Assembly (NCBI RefSeq): GCF_006345805.1
Contig: NC_043007.1
Location: 11,098,001-11,162,000 of the forward strand
Direction of reading: 5' to 3'
From: Octopus sinensis
Lineage: Eukaryota
Length of the DNA: 64,000 bases
In this document: positions 50,721 through 64,000 of the stretch, piece after piece
Layout of the letters: every line of letters begins with the position of its first letter
Numbering within the stretch: the stretch's first letter is position 1
Notes under the pieces: model-generated
What the model was told of the DNA's origin: nothing
The model's database searches: none
Seen by the model: the letters and a program-made list of their open reading frames with translations, nothing else
Translations under genes and position numbers: made by a program

Positions 50721-50734
50721 CTATCATATATATA

Positions 50735-50773
<39 letters not shown>

Positions 50774-50926
50774 AATATATATAATCTATACATATATATA
50801 TGTGTGTTTATATATATATATATATATTATATAATCTATATCTATATATATATACATACCTTATATTATGTGTATATATATATATCTATATCTTATATTA
50901 TATAATACATACATATATATATCTAA

Positions 50927-50957
<31 letters not shown>

Positions 50958-50993
50958 CTATATCTATATCTATTATATATTATACATATATAT

Positions 50994-51024
<31 letters not shown>

Positions 51025-51251
51025 TACACATACATATATATATATGTGTATATATAATATATATCTATCTATATCTATATTATAATACATCATCTATTTA
51101 TATAATATTATATCTATATATATAATATATATAATATATATATATATCTATACTATATACATATATATATAAGTGTATATATATATATCTATATCTATAT
51201 ATATATACATACATATTATATCTATCATATATATAATATATACATATATAT

Positions 51252-51282
<31 letters not shown>

Positions 51283-51827
51283 CATATATATATATCTATA
51301 TCTATATCTATATATATAGATATACACATACATATATATATATGTGTATATATATATATATATATATCTATATCTATATATATACATACATATATATAAT
51401 ATATATATATATATCTATATATATATATATTATACATATATATATATATCTATATCTATATACATATATATATATATCTATATCTATATATATATACATA
51501 TATATATATATCTATATCTAATATATATATACCTAACTACATATATATATATCTATATACATACATATATATATATCTCTATATATATACATCATATATC
51601 TATATCTATATATATATTACATACATATATATATCTATATCTATATACATACATATATATATCTATATCTATATACATACATATATATATCTATTCTATA
51701 TATATATACATACATATATATAGATATATATATATATATATATACATACATATATATAGATATATATATATATATATATACATACATATATATATCTATA
51801 TCTATATATATACATACATATATATAG

Positions 51828-51859
<32 letters not shown>

Positions 51860-51860
51860 G
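50580..51860. repeat. About 1.3-kb compound (TA)n/(TATC)n/(TACA)n microsatellite
   Basis: Directly visible; source of the many YI/IY ORFs. Confidence 0.98.
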
Positions 51861-53051
51861 GCCAAATGCATACATACACAAAATACACACGCACACACAC
51901 ACACACACACAAAAAAAAAAACACACCCAGTCACACTGAAGATATTTACAAAAATAATTCTGTTCCAAACGTTTTTTTTTTTTTTTATCAAAGTGATCCA
52001 TCAATGCCATACAGGTCATAAGTATCGACACAGAATAAAAAAAACAGCCATTGCTCCCCCACCGCAGGTGCGAGTGAGTATGATAAGTAATCGTTATGCG
52101 TAGGGTGAAGTGTGTGTGTGTGGGGGGGAGCAGATTCCTTTACATTCTTTCTCATTTTTACTTTTTTCTTACTTTTTTCTTCTTACCTGCTCCCAATCGG
52201 CACCATCTTTTTTAAAGCACAAATTTCTGATTAGTACTTTGCCTCTTTTAATATATTTTGATATTTATGAAGAAAATCAGTTATTATTATTATTATTATT
52301 GCTGTTGTATTTCGAGATGGTTATTTTATTTATTATTATTATTTTTTTTTATTTATTTTTTTTTTTACCAAATAAAAACACACCCTAGTGCATTGATTTG
52401 ATTTTGATTTTTCCAGTTTCAGCTAATGAGCTGTGGCCATGCTGGGGCAGCCGCCGTATTTATTTGGCAAAAAAAAAAAAAAAAATGACCATCGCAAAAT
52501 ACAACAACATCAATTACAAACACGATTTCACATCAGGAATCTTGCAAAACAAATTGATATTATTATCATTATTATCCTCTTCTTTCAGTTTTGTTTCCAT
52601 TTCTCTGAGTGTCTTCCCGACACCTAGGGCAAAGAAACTCACTGTATACATTGGTAGGCCATTAAAATGAACACCAGACTGCCCATTTACAAAGTCATGT
52701 GATAGGAAAAAAAACAGGGGGAAGAAAGAAAAAAACTAAAAAAGAAAAGAAAAAATAATGCCCAGATAGGTACGAAGGCAGCTGAAATAAAGTTATAATG
52801 AAAGGAAACCATAAATAATAATAATAATATAATAATAATGCTTTCAAATTTTGCCACAAGGGCAGCAATTTCGAGTGAGGGGATGAGTTGATTACATTGA
52901 CCCCAGTGATCAACTGGTACTTATTTTATCGACCCCAAAAGGATAAAAGGCAAAGTCGACCTTGGCAGAATTTGAAATCAGAATGGTACGGCAGGCAAAA
53001 TACCACTAAGCATTTTACTTGGCATGTTAATGATTCTGCCAACTTGCTGCC

Positions 53052-53092
<41 letters not shown>

Positions 53093-53533
53093 CCTTTCTA
53101 CTCTAGGCACACGGCCTAGATTTTGTGGGGAGGGGGACAGTCAATCACATCGACCTCAGTACTCAACTGGTACTTAATTTATCGACTCTGAAAGGATGAA
53201 AAGCAAAATTGACCTTGGTGGAATTTGAACTCAGAATGTAGCAGCATTTTGCCCAGTGTGCTAATGATTCTGCCAGCTTGCCGTCTTCATCATCATCATA
53301 ACAATAATAATCCTTTCTACTTTAGGCACATGGCCTAGATTTTGTGGGGAGGGGGGACAGTCAATCACACTGACTCCAGTACTCAACTGGTACTTAATTT
53401 ATCGACCCCGAAAGGATGAAAAGCAAAGTTGACCTCGGTGGAATTTGAACTCAGAATGTAGCGACGAGCGAAATACTGCTAAGCATTTCACCCGGCGTAC
53501 TAACGATTCTGCCAGCTCGCTACCTTCATAATC

Positions 53534-53572
<39 letters not shown>

Positions 53573-54344
53573 GAAAGTAAGATATTGATCACAAGCAGAG
53601 GTGGCTATGCTGAGTGTGAAGGTGAGTGCAAGTGTGAACGAGGGTTCATAAGAATGAGTTAAAAGAGGAAAGATGCTGAATTCTCAGAGTAAAATTTGTT
53701 TCCTTGTTAGGTGTTGTTGTTGTTGTGTTGTTGTTGTATTGTTGAATGTTGTTGTAGTGGTTCTCAAACTGTTTCTCTTTGTTTTCGCTCACGGCACAAT
53801 TTGGAGCAAATAAAAAATATATCGGGGCACACTCTTTGGGCATTGGTTAAAATAAAATGAAATAAATGAATGAATTAACATTAAAAAATGAAAAGAAAAA
53901 AAAAAGTACTTTTATATTTTAACCTAGAAATATAAATAATTTAAACTCTAGAGAAAAATAATGAATTTGCAACGTCTTTTTTATTTTTTTATTATTTTTT
54001 TTTTTTTTGGTTTTTCTTTTTGCAATAAATGAAATATATATATATAATATACAATTAGAGCATGGATGACACAGTTTAACCAATCAAAATCAGTTTCAGT
54101 GACCAGATCACATTTGGTGCGATGAAAATTCTGACACCAAATAATAAATGTTTAAAGAGAAGTTAACAGTTTTTTTTATTGTTTCTGAGTGGCTAATGTA
54201 TGTCTTTCATGCTGAAATTGCTTTAGTTTCAAAACATGGTTTTTTTTCCGATCAAACTACATATCAGGCAAGTACATCTCCAAAATGAAATATAATTATC
54301 AAAACCTTAACCTTATTATTTCAATTCATATATATATATATCTG

Positions 54345-54388
<44 letters not shown>

Positions 54389-54723
54389 CATACATACATA
54401 TATATATACATACATATACATACATATACATATACATACATACATATATATATATATACATATATATATATACATATATATATATAGATAGATGGATATA
54501 TATATATATATATTATTAATAAATTGCAGGGTAGCAAAAACAGTACCCCTAATATGTATATATATATTATTAATAAATTGTAGGGTAGCAAAAAAATTAC
54601 CCCTAATAGTAGTTTGGAGTTTTATCTACTCCTAGCGGGTCAGATATCCTGTTATGGCCATCTCTTATGTGTTTAAATGTACACTGTATTTACATGTGTG
54701 TGTGTGTGTGTTGTGTGTATGTA

Positions 54724-54762
<39 letters not shown>

Positions 54763-55262
54763 TTATACATATATCATATTTGTTTAAATAGAATGTAAAT
54801 TTTAATATTTCTGTGGTATACCCAGTTAGGGCGCAGGATACACCAGTTGTAGTACAGCAAATCGCCGTTTGGGAACTCCACATTTAAGGCAACAAAACTC
54901 TGCCATTAGCGAGTAAATGTATGAATAACAAGGATGATGGTTCACCTGTAAAAAGACAACAAAGTTTGGGTCGGAGCTGCGTCTGGCATGCGGTATGGGC
55001 ATGAACGATGAATGTAAAAACGGTGAAAGCAATGAAAAAATGAAATGATAACAACTTGTCAGATGATAAGATAACAAGATGGAGTGATATGACAATGTGG
55101 ATGGAAATGAAAGATGAAAAAAAAAAAAAAAAAAAATTAACAGTCATGATTTAATAATACCAGAAATATCATTTTTCTTTTTTTTGGCAGGAATTAATTC
55201 TAGCAGTCAAACAACAAGCCCTCAGGATTGTAACCAAGGGGAATCATATATACATATATACA

Positions 55263-55293
<31 letters not shown>

Positions 55294-55359
55294 ATATATA
55301 TAAACACACATATATACATACACATGTATGTGTATATCTACATATATATATTCATACAC

Positions 55360-55416
<57 letters not shown>

Positions 55417-55419
<3 letters not shown>

Positions 55420-57058
55420 GGTTGGCCAAAAGTCACCCGGCAGTAAATCAAAACTTCCATAAATACTTAATATTCAATTTTATTTATTCAATCCAGTTAT
55501 GAATGTTCGATAATTGAATGCTTTGAGTCAAAAATCACCAATATTTTTCAACATTCGTCTGTTTATTAGCGAAGTCTCTTATAAAATAACTTTTGGTTTT
55601 AAAAGCCGTAGACATGAACAAACTGACTCTGCAACGAGGGAATCTTTGTTATTTGAAAAATACTACAAATGTGGCAATGCATAAAGCGTTCTGAAGAATG
55701 GATAAACGAGCATGGTGATGAAATAAATCCTCCACATAGAGATATTATTTATCATCTACGAGATTGAGTTCATAAAAATAGAACTGTGGCAGATTTACCA
55801 TGATCGAGTAGGCCACGTAGTGTTAGAACCTGAAAAATGGCAGATTCTGCGGCTACCGTTCATCACACAAAAAGCGTCGGCTGCGGGGTCACTCCGTAAA
55901 GCTCTATCTACGACGATTTCATCTCAATCGAAGGAGAGGGGCTTTCTCCGTCCAGGTTGCGGATCCGTGGAATAAGCTGCCGGATGAAATAGTGAAGATG
56001 CCGACAACCACTCGGTTCAAAGTCTCCCTTGACCACAAATGGCCTGAACTTTTTGCATGAACAACCTCCCTGCACATAACTCCATGTCCCCCTACATGGC
56101 CTTGCTTTTTGCTTTTTGTGCCAAAATTAACTTAACTTAACACAAAGTCCACAACAGAGCATTGATCGACTAAGTGCCGAACTTGATATTTCAAGATCAT
56201 CTCTTCAGAGAATTTTGCAAGAAAATGGCTATAAAGCATACCACCCTAAGTTAATTCATGGTCTTGTGGAGGACACAGATAGACAACTACAAAGGTGTCA
56301 ACGGTTCATTAGCCAATTTGATAATGATTCTCAGCTATCCAATAAGATAATGTGGTCTGACGAAGCATCATTCAAATTAAACAGTATGATTAACCACCAC
56401 AATTGTGTGATTTACACGACTGAAAACCCAAATTTGACTTATGAACAACGACTGAATCAGCCTGGTTTCACTGTTTGGGGAAGTTCTCAGTCCTGATGGG
56501 TTATTAGGCTCTTATTTCTTTATGAAACTGCCACTTGCAATAACTATTTAGAAATACTGAATGAGTATGTCTTTCCGCAGCTGCGAGACAAGCCGGATTT
56601 TAATACTTTGCTGTCCATGCAAGATGGTGCGCCTCCCCATTACGCCAAAAAGGGTATGTGACCTGTTAGACAATTTGCCAGCAGGTTGGACTGGACGTAG
56701 AGGATCTATTGAGAGGGCTCCATGTTCATGTGATCTCACACCAACAGACTTTAGGATCTGGAGAATGATGAAAGATTGAGTTTTTAACAGAAAACCAAGG
56801 ACTCTAGCTAAGTTGCAAGCTGCTATAAGTACTAGATTCCAACTTATTAATACAAAAAAGGTAAGTTGTTGTACTATCTGTAATTCTGTATTGACTCGAA
56901 GAGAAAAATGTGTCACCCACGAAGGACTTCAGTTAGAACAATGTTCATGATGCTTCATATTTAGATGCTTTTATTAAATTCATTCAGTTGTTAAACATAA
57001 ATAAATCTTGGAATTAAATGGTTTTGATTTACTGTCAGGTGACTTTTGGTGAACCCTG
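55417..57058 (+). mobile_element. Tc1/mariner superfamily element, rosa/DD41D-like, inactive
   Basis: About 38-bp TIRs cagggtt(gg/ca)ccaaaagtcacc.g.cagtaaatcaaaac, TA on the right flank. Transposase remnants WSDEASFKLN..NHHNC, QDGAPPHY and WTGRRG..DLTPTDF; about 40 residues between the 2nd and 3rd Asp. Confidence 0.85.
55872..56139 (+). mobile_element. CR1-type LINE 3' end nested in the rosa-like element, 7-bp TSD acacaaa
   Basis: RLRGHSVKLYLRRFHLNRRRGAFSVQVADPWNKLPDEIV...FKVSLDHKW with a (ttaac)n tail; TSD at 55865-55871 and 56140-56146. Confidence 0.85.
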
Positions 57059-57219
57059 TATATATATATATATCACCCCTTCTATACATTGGTTCGTTAA
57101 AATAACAAGCCCTCAAATTGAAATCATATATATATACATATATACATATGTGAGTGTGTGTGTGTGTGAGTGTGTATGCATATATAGATATAGATATCTT
57201 ATATAATATATATATACAC

Positions 57220-57502
57220 ATACATACAATGTATAATCATATATATATATAAATATATAGATATAGAGATAGATATATATATACATTCGCACAATGTATA
57301 ATCATATATATATATAAATATATAGATATAGAGATAGATATATATATACATTCGCACAATGTATAATTTATATATATATATAAATATATAGATATAGAGA
57401 TAGATATATATATACATTCGCACAATGTATAATTTATATATATATATAAATATAGATATAGAGATAGATATATATATACATTCGCACAATGTATAATTTA
57501 TG

Positions 57503-57539
<37 letters not shown>

Positions 57540-57600
57540 TATAGATATAGAGATAGATATATATATACATTCGCACAATGTATAATTTATATATATATAT
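57220..57600. repeat. Minisatellite of about 64-66-bp units built on a TA microsatellite
   Basis: The core cattcgcacaatgtataat occurs five times, plus one partial copy. Confidence 0.9.
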
Positions 57601-57625
57601 ATATATAATATATATATATTATTAA

Positions 57626-58025
57626 TAAACACAATATATGTTTTTATGTGCTACTATTAGTTTCATGTGCTGAGAACATGCGAAACATTGTTTTATAACA
57701 CATCTGGTGTCCCAGCACAACCATCAGATACTGCCAACATAGTATAATGAACTAAAAATGGGACAAGAAAAAAAGCAAAGAAAGGCAAGAATATATATAA
57801 AAAAAGTAGAAGGTTCATTTTCTGATTTTTTAAACTTCAACTTTTTATATATACTTCCTTCTTACCTTTTCTCACTTTTTTCCTGGTGTTCCTTTTTAGT
57901 TCATTATGCCATGTGTATAGTGTCTGATGATTGTGCTGGGACACCAAGTGTGTTATAAAACAATGTTTGGCATGTTCTCAGCACATGAAACTAAGAGTAG
58001 CACATAAAAACATATATTGTATTTA
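57626..58025. mobile_element. Fold-back element (about 133-bp arms) just downstream of the copy B stop codon
   Basis: 57626-57758 pairs with 57893-58025; the interior is a degenerate purine tract facing a pyrimidine tract. Confidence 0.8.
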
Positions 58026-58105
58026 TCAAATAATATTTATCTCTCACAACATGGAGTACTTTTTTTGTTGATCTTACCATCATGGAACAATACACTATAT
58101 AAATA

Positions 58106-58139
<34 letters not shown>

Positions 58140-58294
58140 CACACTCTGTATATGTGTTCATTAAAAAAAAAACAACAATCCCTTAGATTGAACTCAAGGA
58201 AAGATGGGGATCCTCATATACATATATATGTATATATATATATATGTATACACACACACAAATATGAACCCACCTGCCCTGTGCCTTGGTTCTT

Positions 58295-59247
58295 TCAAAC
58301 ACACACTGGATTTGAGCCACGACTTGAGGCATATGTTACATCTGTCCAGTTGCTCACACAGTCTGTGACACCTTCAGACAATGAAGGCAAGAGGCTGTAT
58401 CTGTTTTTATATCGCTGGTCATTGCGCTCATTTAGCATTGCTAGTTCAGAACTGACCTGTGACATTTCCGAAAACGAGTGTATATCGTTGAAATAATAGC
58501 ATCGTTTGGACATGGAATCATCAAAATTCACATCGTGAAAGGAGTTTAGTGGTAATTTGGGGATGTCAACCGTGCCGTCGAATTCTTCGTTTAATGCAGA
58601 ACGGCAATCGCATTTGTCGTTTAATACGCCACAACGTGGCACCAAGTAACTGTACTTCTGAGTGAACCACATTTTATTTTTTTCAAATTCAGCAGCTTTT
58701 TGAGCTGCCTGCTGTAGTGCCATTGAGGAAGTCGAACTATCAGAAGATCTCAATGTTAATGTTTTGAGAACACTGTTAGGGGGAATACGATGGATATAGT
58801 AAACCAGCTTCTTCAGGTCTCTGGTCAGGACGAAATTTTGAACCGAAGGAAATTCAGTGAGAACATAACCCTCGGACAAGTGTTCCAAGCGGCACGAGAT
58901 GTATTTCGAATGATATAACTGCAAGAGAGGACATTCTCTAATCATGGTAAGAATTGACATCAGGACATTTTCATTTCGGTTGTCTCGTAACTGTGGATAT
59001 TCTAAACCAGAAGCCCATGGTTCACTCTGGCGTTTAATGCATTCCGAATGTAGCAGTAAGACAAAATCACAATCAGCAACTGTCTTGTGTAACCATTGTT
59101 TTATCTCTTCCTCAGCGAATAACGGTGGATAAAGAACATGGCACTTGAAGTGTTGCAGGTATGTTGCCATGGCTTTGCCGACGTCGAGATGATGCTGGTG
59201 GTCGTGAGAGTATAGAAACAAGATTTTCTTGTCAGTTAGGCTTTCTC
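58295..59247 (-). CDS. IL-17R-like copy B (inverted paralog), terminal SEFIR exon; upstream exons not in window
   Basis: Same acceptor context as copy A. Intact frame near-identical to 17527-18267, with a tail 22 aa longer ending NPVCV. Confidence 0.82.
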
Positions 59248-60796
59248 CTGAAAGGAAAATAAATAAATAATGAATTAAAAGAGAAAGAATATATAAACAA
59301 ACGCAATAAAACAAATACTACAAAAAGTTTTTTAAAAAAATTTTAATCATTGAATTTTCAGAAATCTTTCATCAGAGATGTAAATCTTTGTATACACACA
59401 TACATGCCTTCTGTGTGTATGTGTATATATACACACACATATGTGAAGGTGCATAGTGGGTAAGGGGTGGTTCTCATGATTGCAAGATCATAGGTTTGGT
59501 TCCCAGACTGGGTGGAAGAATGTGTTCTTGAGCAAAACACTTCATTTCATGTTGCTTCACTAAACCCATATATAAATGGGTAATCCTGTCAGAGACCAGT
59601 GTTCCATGTGGGTGCCAGTAAGGCGATGCTGGTAACGATCCCACTCGAATGGAGTCTTTTACGTGCCACCGGCACAGAGGCCAGATAGCCGCTCTCGCAA
59701 CGATCACGCTCGGATGGTGCTCTTAATACTCTACTAGCACGAGGCTCGTTGTGATACCTGTGCCGGTGGCACATAAAAAGCACCATCCAAACGTGGCCGA
59801 TGCCAGCGCCGCCTCGACTAGCTTCTGTGCCGGTGGCACATAAAAAGCACCATCCGAACGTGGCTGATGCTAGTGCCGCCTTGACTGGCTTCCATGCCGG
59901 TGGCATGTTAAAAGCACCAACCGATCGTGGCCGATGGCAGACTCCCCTGGCACCTGTGCCGGTGGCACGTAAAAAGCACCCACTACACTCGCGGAGTGGT
60001 TGGTGTTAGGAAGGGCATCCAGCCGTAGAAACACTGCCAGATCAGACTGGAGCCTGGTGCAGCCCCTGGCTTCCCAGACCCTGGTCGAATCGTCCAACCC
60101 GTGCTAGCGTGGAAAACAGACGTTAGACGATGATGATGATACACATGTGTGTATACATCATAATCTCAATAAATTCATTTTCAAAATTACTTTGATCTCC
60201 AATACAAAGTGAAATTGATTTGATGTCACATAATAAAAGGAAAAAAATTTAAACAAATAAAAAAACATGAATAAAAGAAAAATGAATTAACATGATGCAA
60301 CACAAAAAAAAAACAAAAAAAAAACAATGTCTGTTCACTAAACAGTGAAAACAAAAAAATTCTAAAACGGCCAATTAAAGTGACATATAACGCCATAATT
60401 AAATATCTTAGTCACACCTATTTATTTAGCCTTACTTTGAAACTTACTGTTGGTTATATTATAATTTACTATCACATTTACAATCAATAAATACTGTAAT
60501 ATCTACGGGGGGGGGGACAATCAGAGACTTCTCAGTGCTAGAACTATTACAATTTAGGGCAAGATATGTGAAACTACCAAAGCAACTAATACTATGTAAA
60601 TGTTATGTCAACACTAACAGATGCCTAAATGGCAACTGGTGGAACCGTGATCTGTTAATGGAGGACTTTCTGCGTTTATTTACATTTGTAGCATGTTGAT
60701 ATAACAGCCTTCATTCAGTGATGTTTAACATATGCCAAATTGCTTTCATTTTGTACTGGAAGTGAAGGACATTTTGAAGACAAAGGCACAAAGCGA

Positions 60797-60842
<46 letters not shown>

Positions 60843-60897
60843 TACATGTATATATACACACACATATATATATGCATACTTATACATTTATATGTAT

Positions 60898-60941
<44 letters not shown>

Positions 60942-61284
60942 ATATACATAATATATTTTGTGAAATTTGATTTAATATATCTAAATTGAATTTTTCCCTG
61001 TAAGTTTGGAATAATATTCCCTCATAATATTATCATTAAACCCCTATCTCATTTTGTGTGTATATATATATATATTATATATATATATATATATATGGCC
61101 TCCGTGCCGGTGGCATGTAAAAAGCACCCACTCCACTCACAGAGTGGTTGGCATTAGGAAGGGCATCCAGCCGTAGAAACATTGTCAGATCAGACTGGGC
61201 CTGGTGCAGCCTCTTGGCTACCAAGACCCCAGTTGAACCGTTCAACCCATGCTAGCATGGAACGCAGACGTTAAACGATGATGA

Positions 61285-61318
<34 letters not shown>

Positions 61319-61321
<3 letters not shown>

Positions 61322-62108
61322 TACCGTCAGAAATTAATTAGCACCCTTGATTTGCTCACCATGAAGCATGGTGGGGGTGGTCTGATGGTGTGAGGGGCGT
61401 TCAGCTACAGTGGTGTTGGGCGGCTCTATGCCGTCGAAGGCAACATCAACGTAGCAAAGTACGTTGAGATAGTACGGGATACCTCTTTGGTGGCGAGGAG
61501 TACGTGCCGGCCAGTCACCTGACCTGAACCCTATTGAGAACCTCTGGAGTCGATTGGGTAGGGATTTGAATGTGCAGCAATACAGGAACCGACACGAGCT
61601 GTTTGGGGCACTTCTTGCTGCATGAGGGGCCATCCCTGCACAGTACCTGCAGGCACTCATAGACAGCATGCCGACCCGCGTAGCAGCTGTCATTGCTGCC
61701 AAAGGAGGTGCAACAAGATATTGACTAAATTTCACAATTAATAACAATTATGTGGTGTGCTGGGATATGTTTAACCCTTTAGTGTTCCAATTATCCTATC
61801 AAACATAATGCTTATTGATTCCCATTGATTTGAATTAATCATGCATTATCTCATATCTTCAAGATCTTGATGGTGTAATTACCTAATATAGAATAACATT
61901 GTAGGGTAGGTGTGAGAGCCTGGATCCAGTCAGTTTGAACATAAAACAGATGAAATATTTTGGCCGGATATGGCCGGTTTAAATACTAAAGGGTTAAATA
62001 AATTTTTGATTAAAAACGAGTTTGTTTCTGATAATAAGTTAATTAAATTAAGAAAATGTAAGAACAAGTAGAAATTTGAGAAGTGCTAATTAATTTCCGA
62101 CGCAAGTG
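61319..62108 (+). mobile_element. Internally deleted Tc1 element with both TIRs and TA TSD, private to arm B
   Basis: TIRs cact(ac/tg)cgtc(a/g)gaaattaattagcac; KHGGGGLMV*GAFS, SPDLNPIENLW and MPTRVAAVIAAKGGATRY motifs; a piggyBac-type MITE is nested at 61775-61993. Confidence 0.88.
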
Positions 62109-62282
62109 TATATATATACATACACATATATGTGTATACACACATGTGCATGTGCGCACACACACACATCCATATGCTCATACGCACAATACAGATGTTG
62201 AAAAAAATAATGGCAACACCACTTTATATTTAACTATTTTTTCGTATTGGCAATATGACAAATTCAAAAGTGTTCTAGTCTG

Positions 62283-62315
<33 letters not shown>

Positions 62316-62699
62316 GTTCCTACACATTGTATTATCTATGTCTTATACTACTTGGTATAGCCTCTGGTTTTATTTCTTAAAATGCACAACCTGTCTGATT
62401 TCCACAGAAGACAAATGGTTGGAATGCAGATGGCTGGAGATTCACTAATTAAAACTGCCGAAACACTTCATGTTTAACTCTCAAGTATTCGGATTACTCT
62501 GAAAAATGTAAAGCTTGTTCGTTCATATTATTTTCCATTAATCATATACCATCTCATAGATTTGAGATTTTGATGATGTTACTGTCTATATTTAGATTGA
62601 CATTGTAGGGTAGGTGTCAGAAGCTGGATCTGGCCAGTCTGAACATGAAACAGGGGGAATATTTGGGCCAGATACGGCTGGTTTAAATACTAAAGGGTT

Positions 62700-63665
62700 A
62701 AATGCAACAGTCTCAAAAACGATGTAAGCATTCCAAAATCAAGGAACAGCTCAGGTAAGCAAAATTTTTGATGGAGGGTAAAGCTCTGAGAGAGGAATCA
62801 TAGAATAGTGGAGTGTACTGTGTCTAGAAACCATGAAACTATAGAAGCAGAAATGACAGCAGAGCAAAACCATCAGTTTGCCAATCTTGTGTCAGTTAAA
62901 ACCATTCACTGTGAGTTCCATAATGCTGGATACCATAGGAGGGCTGCAACCGCTAAACTTGTCTTGTGCTCCTTCTACATTGATAAATGGGAAAAATGGT
63001 GTCTAGACAATTAGAAGTGGTCAAGGCTCAATAAAACAATGGCATCTTATTTGATGCACCACCATTCCCTCTTTCTCCCACTTCAGAATGGGTTTAAAAC
63101 TAGAAACAGTCCAAGGATATCTTCAACCCTGAATGATTGACCCCCTCTCACATGAAGCTCCAATATGGCTTTTTGAAGATTTTGGGCAGCTACATCACAG
63201 AATTCTCTTGGCCCTTTAGCTGTTCTGTATGGCAGTGTTAATGCCAAAGATTATCTGAGTATTTTGACTGACCATGTCCATCCTACATTACAAATACTGA
63301 GCCCTGATGGTAGCAGAATCTTCCAGGAATATAACGCACAGATTCACTTGGCTAATGTTAGTCAAAATTGGTACAAAGATCACAAAAGTGAAGCTCAACA
63401 TTTGGATTGGCCATTACATTCACCGGATCTCAATATAATCAAACATTTGTGGTTCATTTTGGAGCCACAAGTGACTAAATGCTTCCCCACACCATTGCTA
63501 CTGAATTAGGTTTTACGTGAAGGACAGGTCAAAATACCCCTGACTTGTATGAGTCAATCTACTGACATATTAAAGGTGTGATTGGCACCAAAGGAAAACC
63601 AATTCCATTTTAAATAATAACACTTGCATTTAACAAGGTGTTTCCAATATTTTGTCCAACCCCTA
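62700..63665 (+). mobile_element. Tc1-like remnant (arm B copy of 12957-13920)
   Basis: Same translation fragments; about 3-4% different in a 120-bp stretch checked by eye. Confidence 0.85.
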
Positions 63666-63918
63666 TATATGTATGTGTGTGTATTGATATTAATATTATT
63701 TATGTACTAATGAGGATGCATGGCCTGGTGGTTAAGGTGTTGCACTCATGATCACAAGATTGGTTAGGGTTAGGGCCTGATGGATGGGCGAGAGGCTGAG
63801 TGTTACATAGAAAAAAATCAACCAACATGATTAAGAAGACAGCAGGGTGGTGGAGAAATCATGTTTTGGGCTGGTAAAGTTGAAGGAGACATTACAGGTC
63901 CATTTAAGGTTGCTGATA

Positions 63919-64000
63919 AGAGGTAGACCTGGGATAAAGTGGTGAAGCACGACCTTTGAACATTAGGCCTCACCAAGGAAATGACTAGCGACCAAGACTT
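63919..64000 (+). mobile_element. RTE ORF2 C-terminal fragment at the window edge
   Basis: Translates as TWDKVVKHDL*TLGLTKEMTSDQD, the typical RTE ORF2 end. Confidence 0.6.

Larger units (their letters stand above)
58250..63765 (-). repeat. Segmental duplication arm B (inverted copy of about 12705-18510)
   Basis: Same matches as arm A; each arm carries its own private TE insertions. Confidence 0.92.

Noticed and set aside
50255-52031. Long YI/IY-rich ORFs (also at 2730-3066, 3900-4379, 15172-15704, 23511-24067, 57199-57576 and elsewhere)
   Set aside because: Stop-free translations of (TA)n microsatellites.
54826-54945. Minus-strand acceptor-like site tctttttacAG|gtgaacc
   Set aside because: All frames are short and unrecognisable, with no partner exon; may be non-coding or chance.

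Overview
Eukaryotic, AT-rich, microsatellite-saturated DNA. The SINE/LINE families and repeat load point to an octopus (coleoid cephalopod); this is inferred from repeat recognition, not a database search. The only well-supported host gene is an IL-17-receptor-like (SEF/IL-17R) gene on the + strand, whose 5' exons lie left of the window. I reconstructed five in-phase exons: 475-623, 4642-4689, 7068-7182, 10944-11366 and 17527-18413. They encode a FnIII-like domain, a 13x pentapeptide Ser/Thr/Pro mucin-like stalk, a TM helix and a SEFIR domain. A second, inverted copy of its last intron and SEFIR exon lies at about 58250-63765 (-), so the two copies converge tail-to-tail. Their SEFIR-coding parts are about 99% identical, but the C-terminal tails diverge abruptly and differ by a 7-bp frameshift. 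The last intron of copy A holds the most unusual structure: a fold-back Penelope-like (GIY-YIG) insertion whose inverted arms each carry a minimal hammerhead ribozyme (U3:A8 core variant) and a tRNA-Asp(GTC)/RTE-LINE-tail chimera. The rest is transposon debris (RTE, CR1-type, Penelope-like, Tc1, rosa/DD41D, mariner, piggyBac-type MITEs, Helitrons, tRNA-derived SINEs), several long fold-back inverted repeats and microsatellites. Most ORFs in the supplied track are microsatellite or SINE artefacts. All alignments and counts were done by eye.
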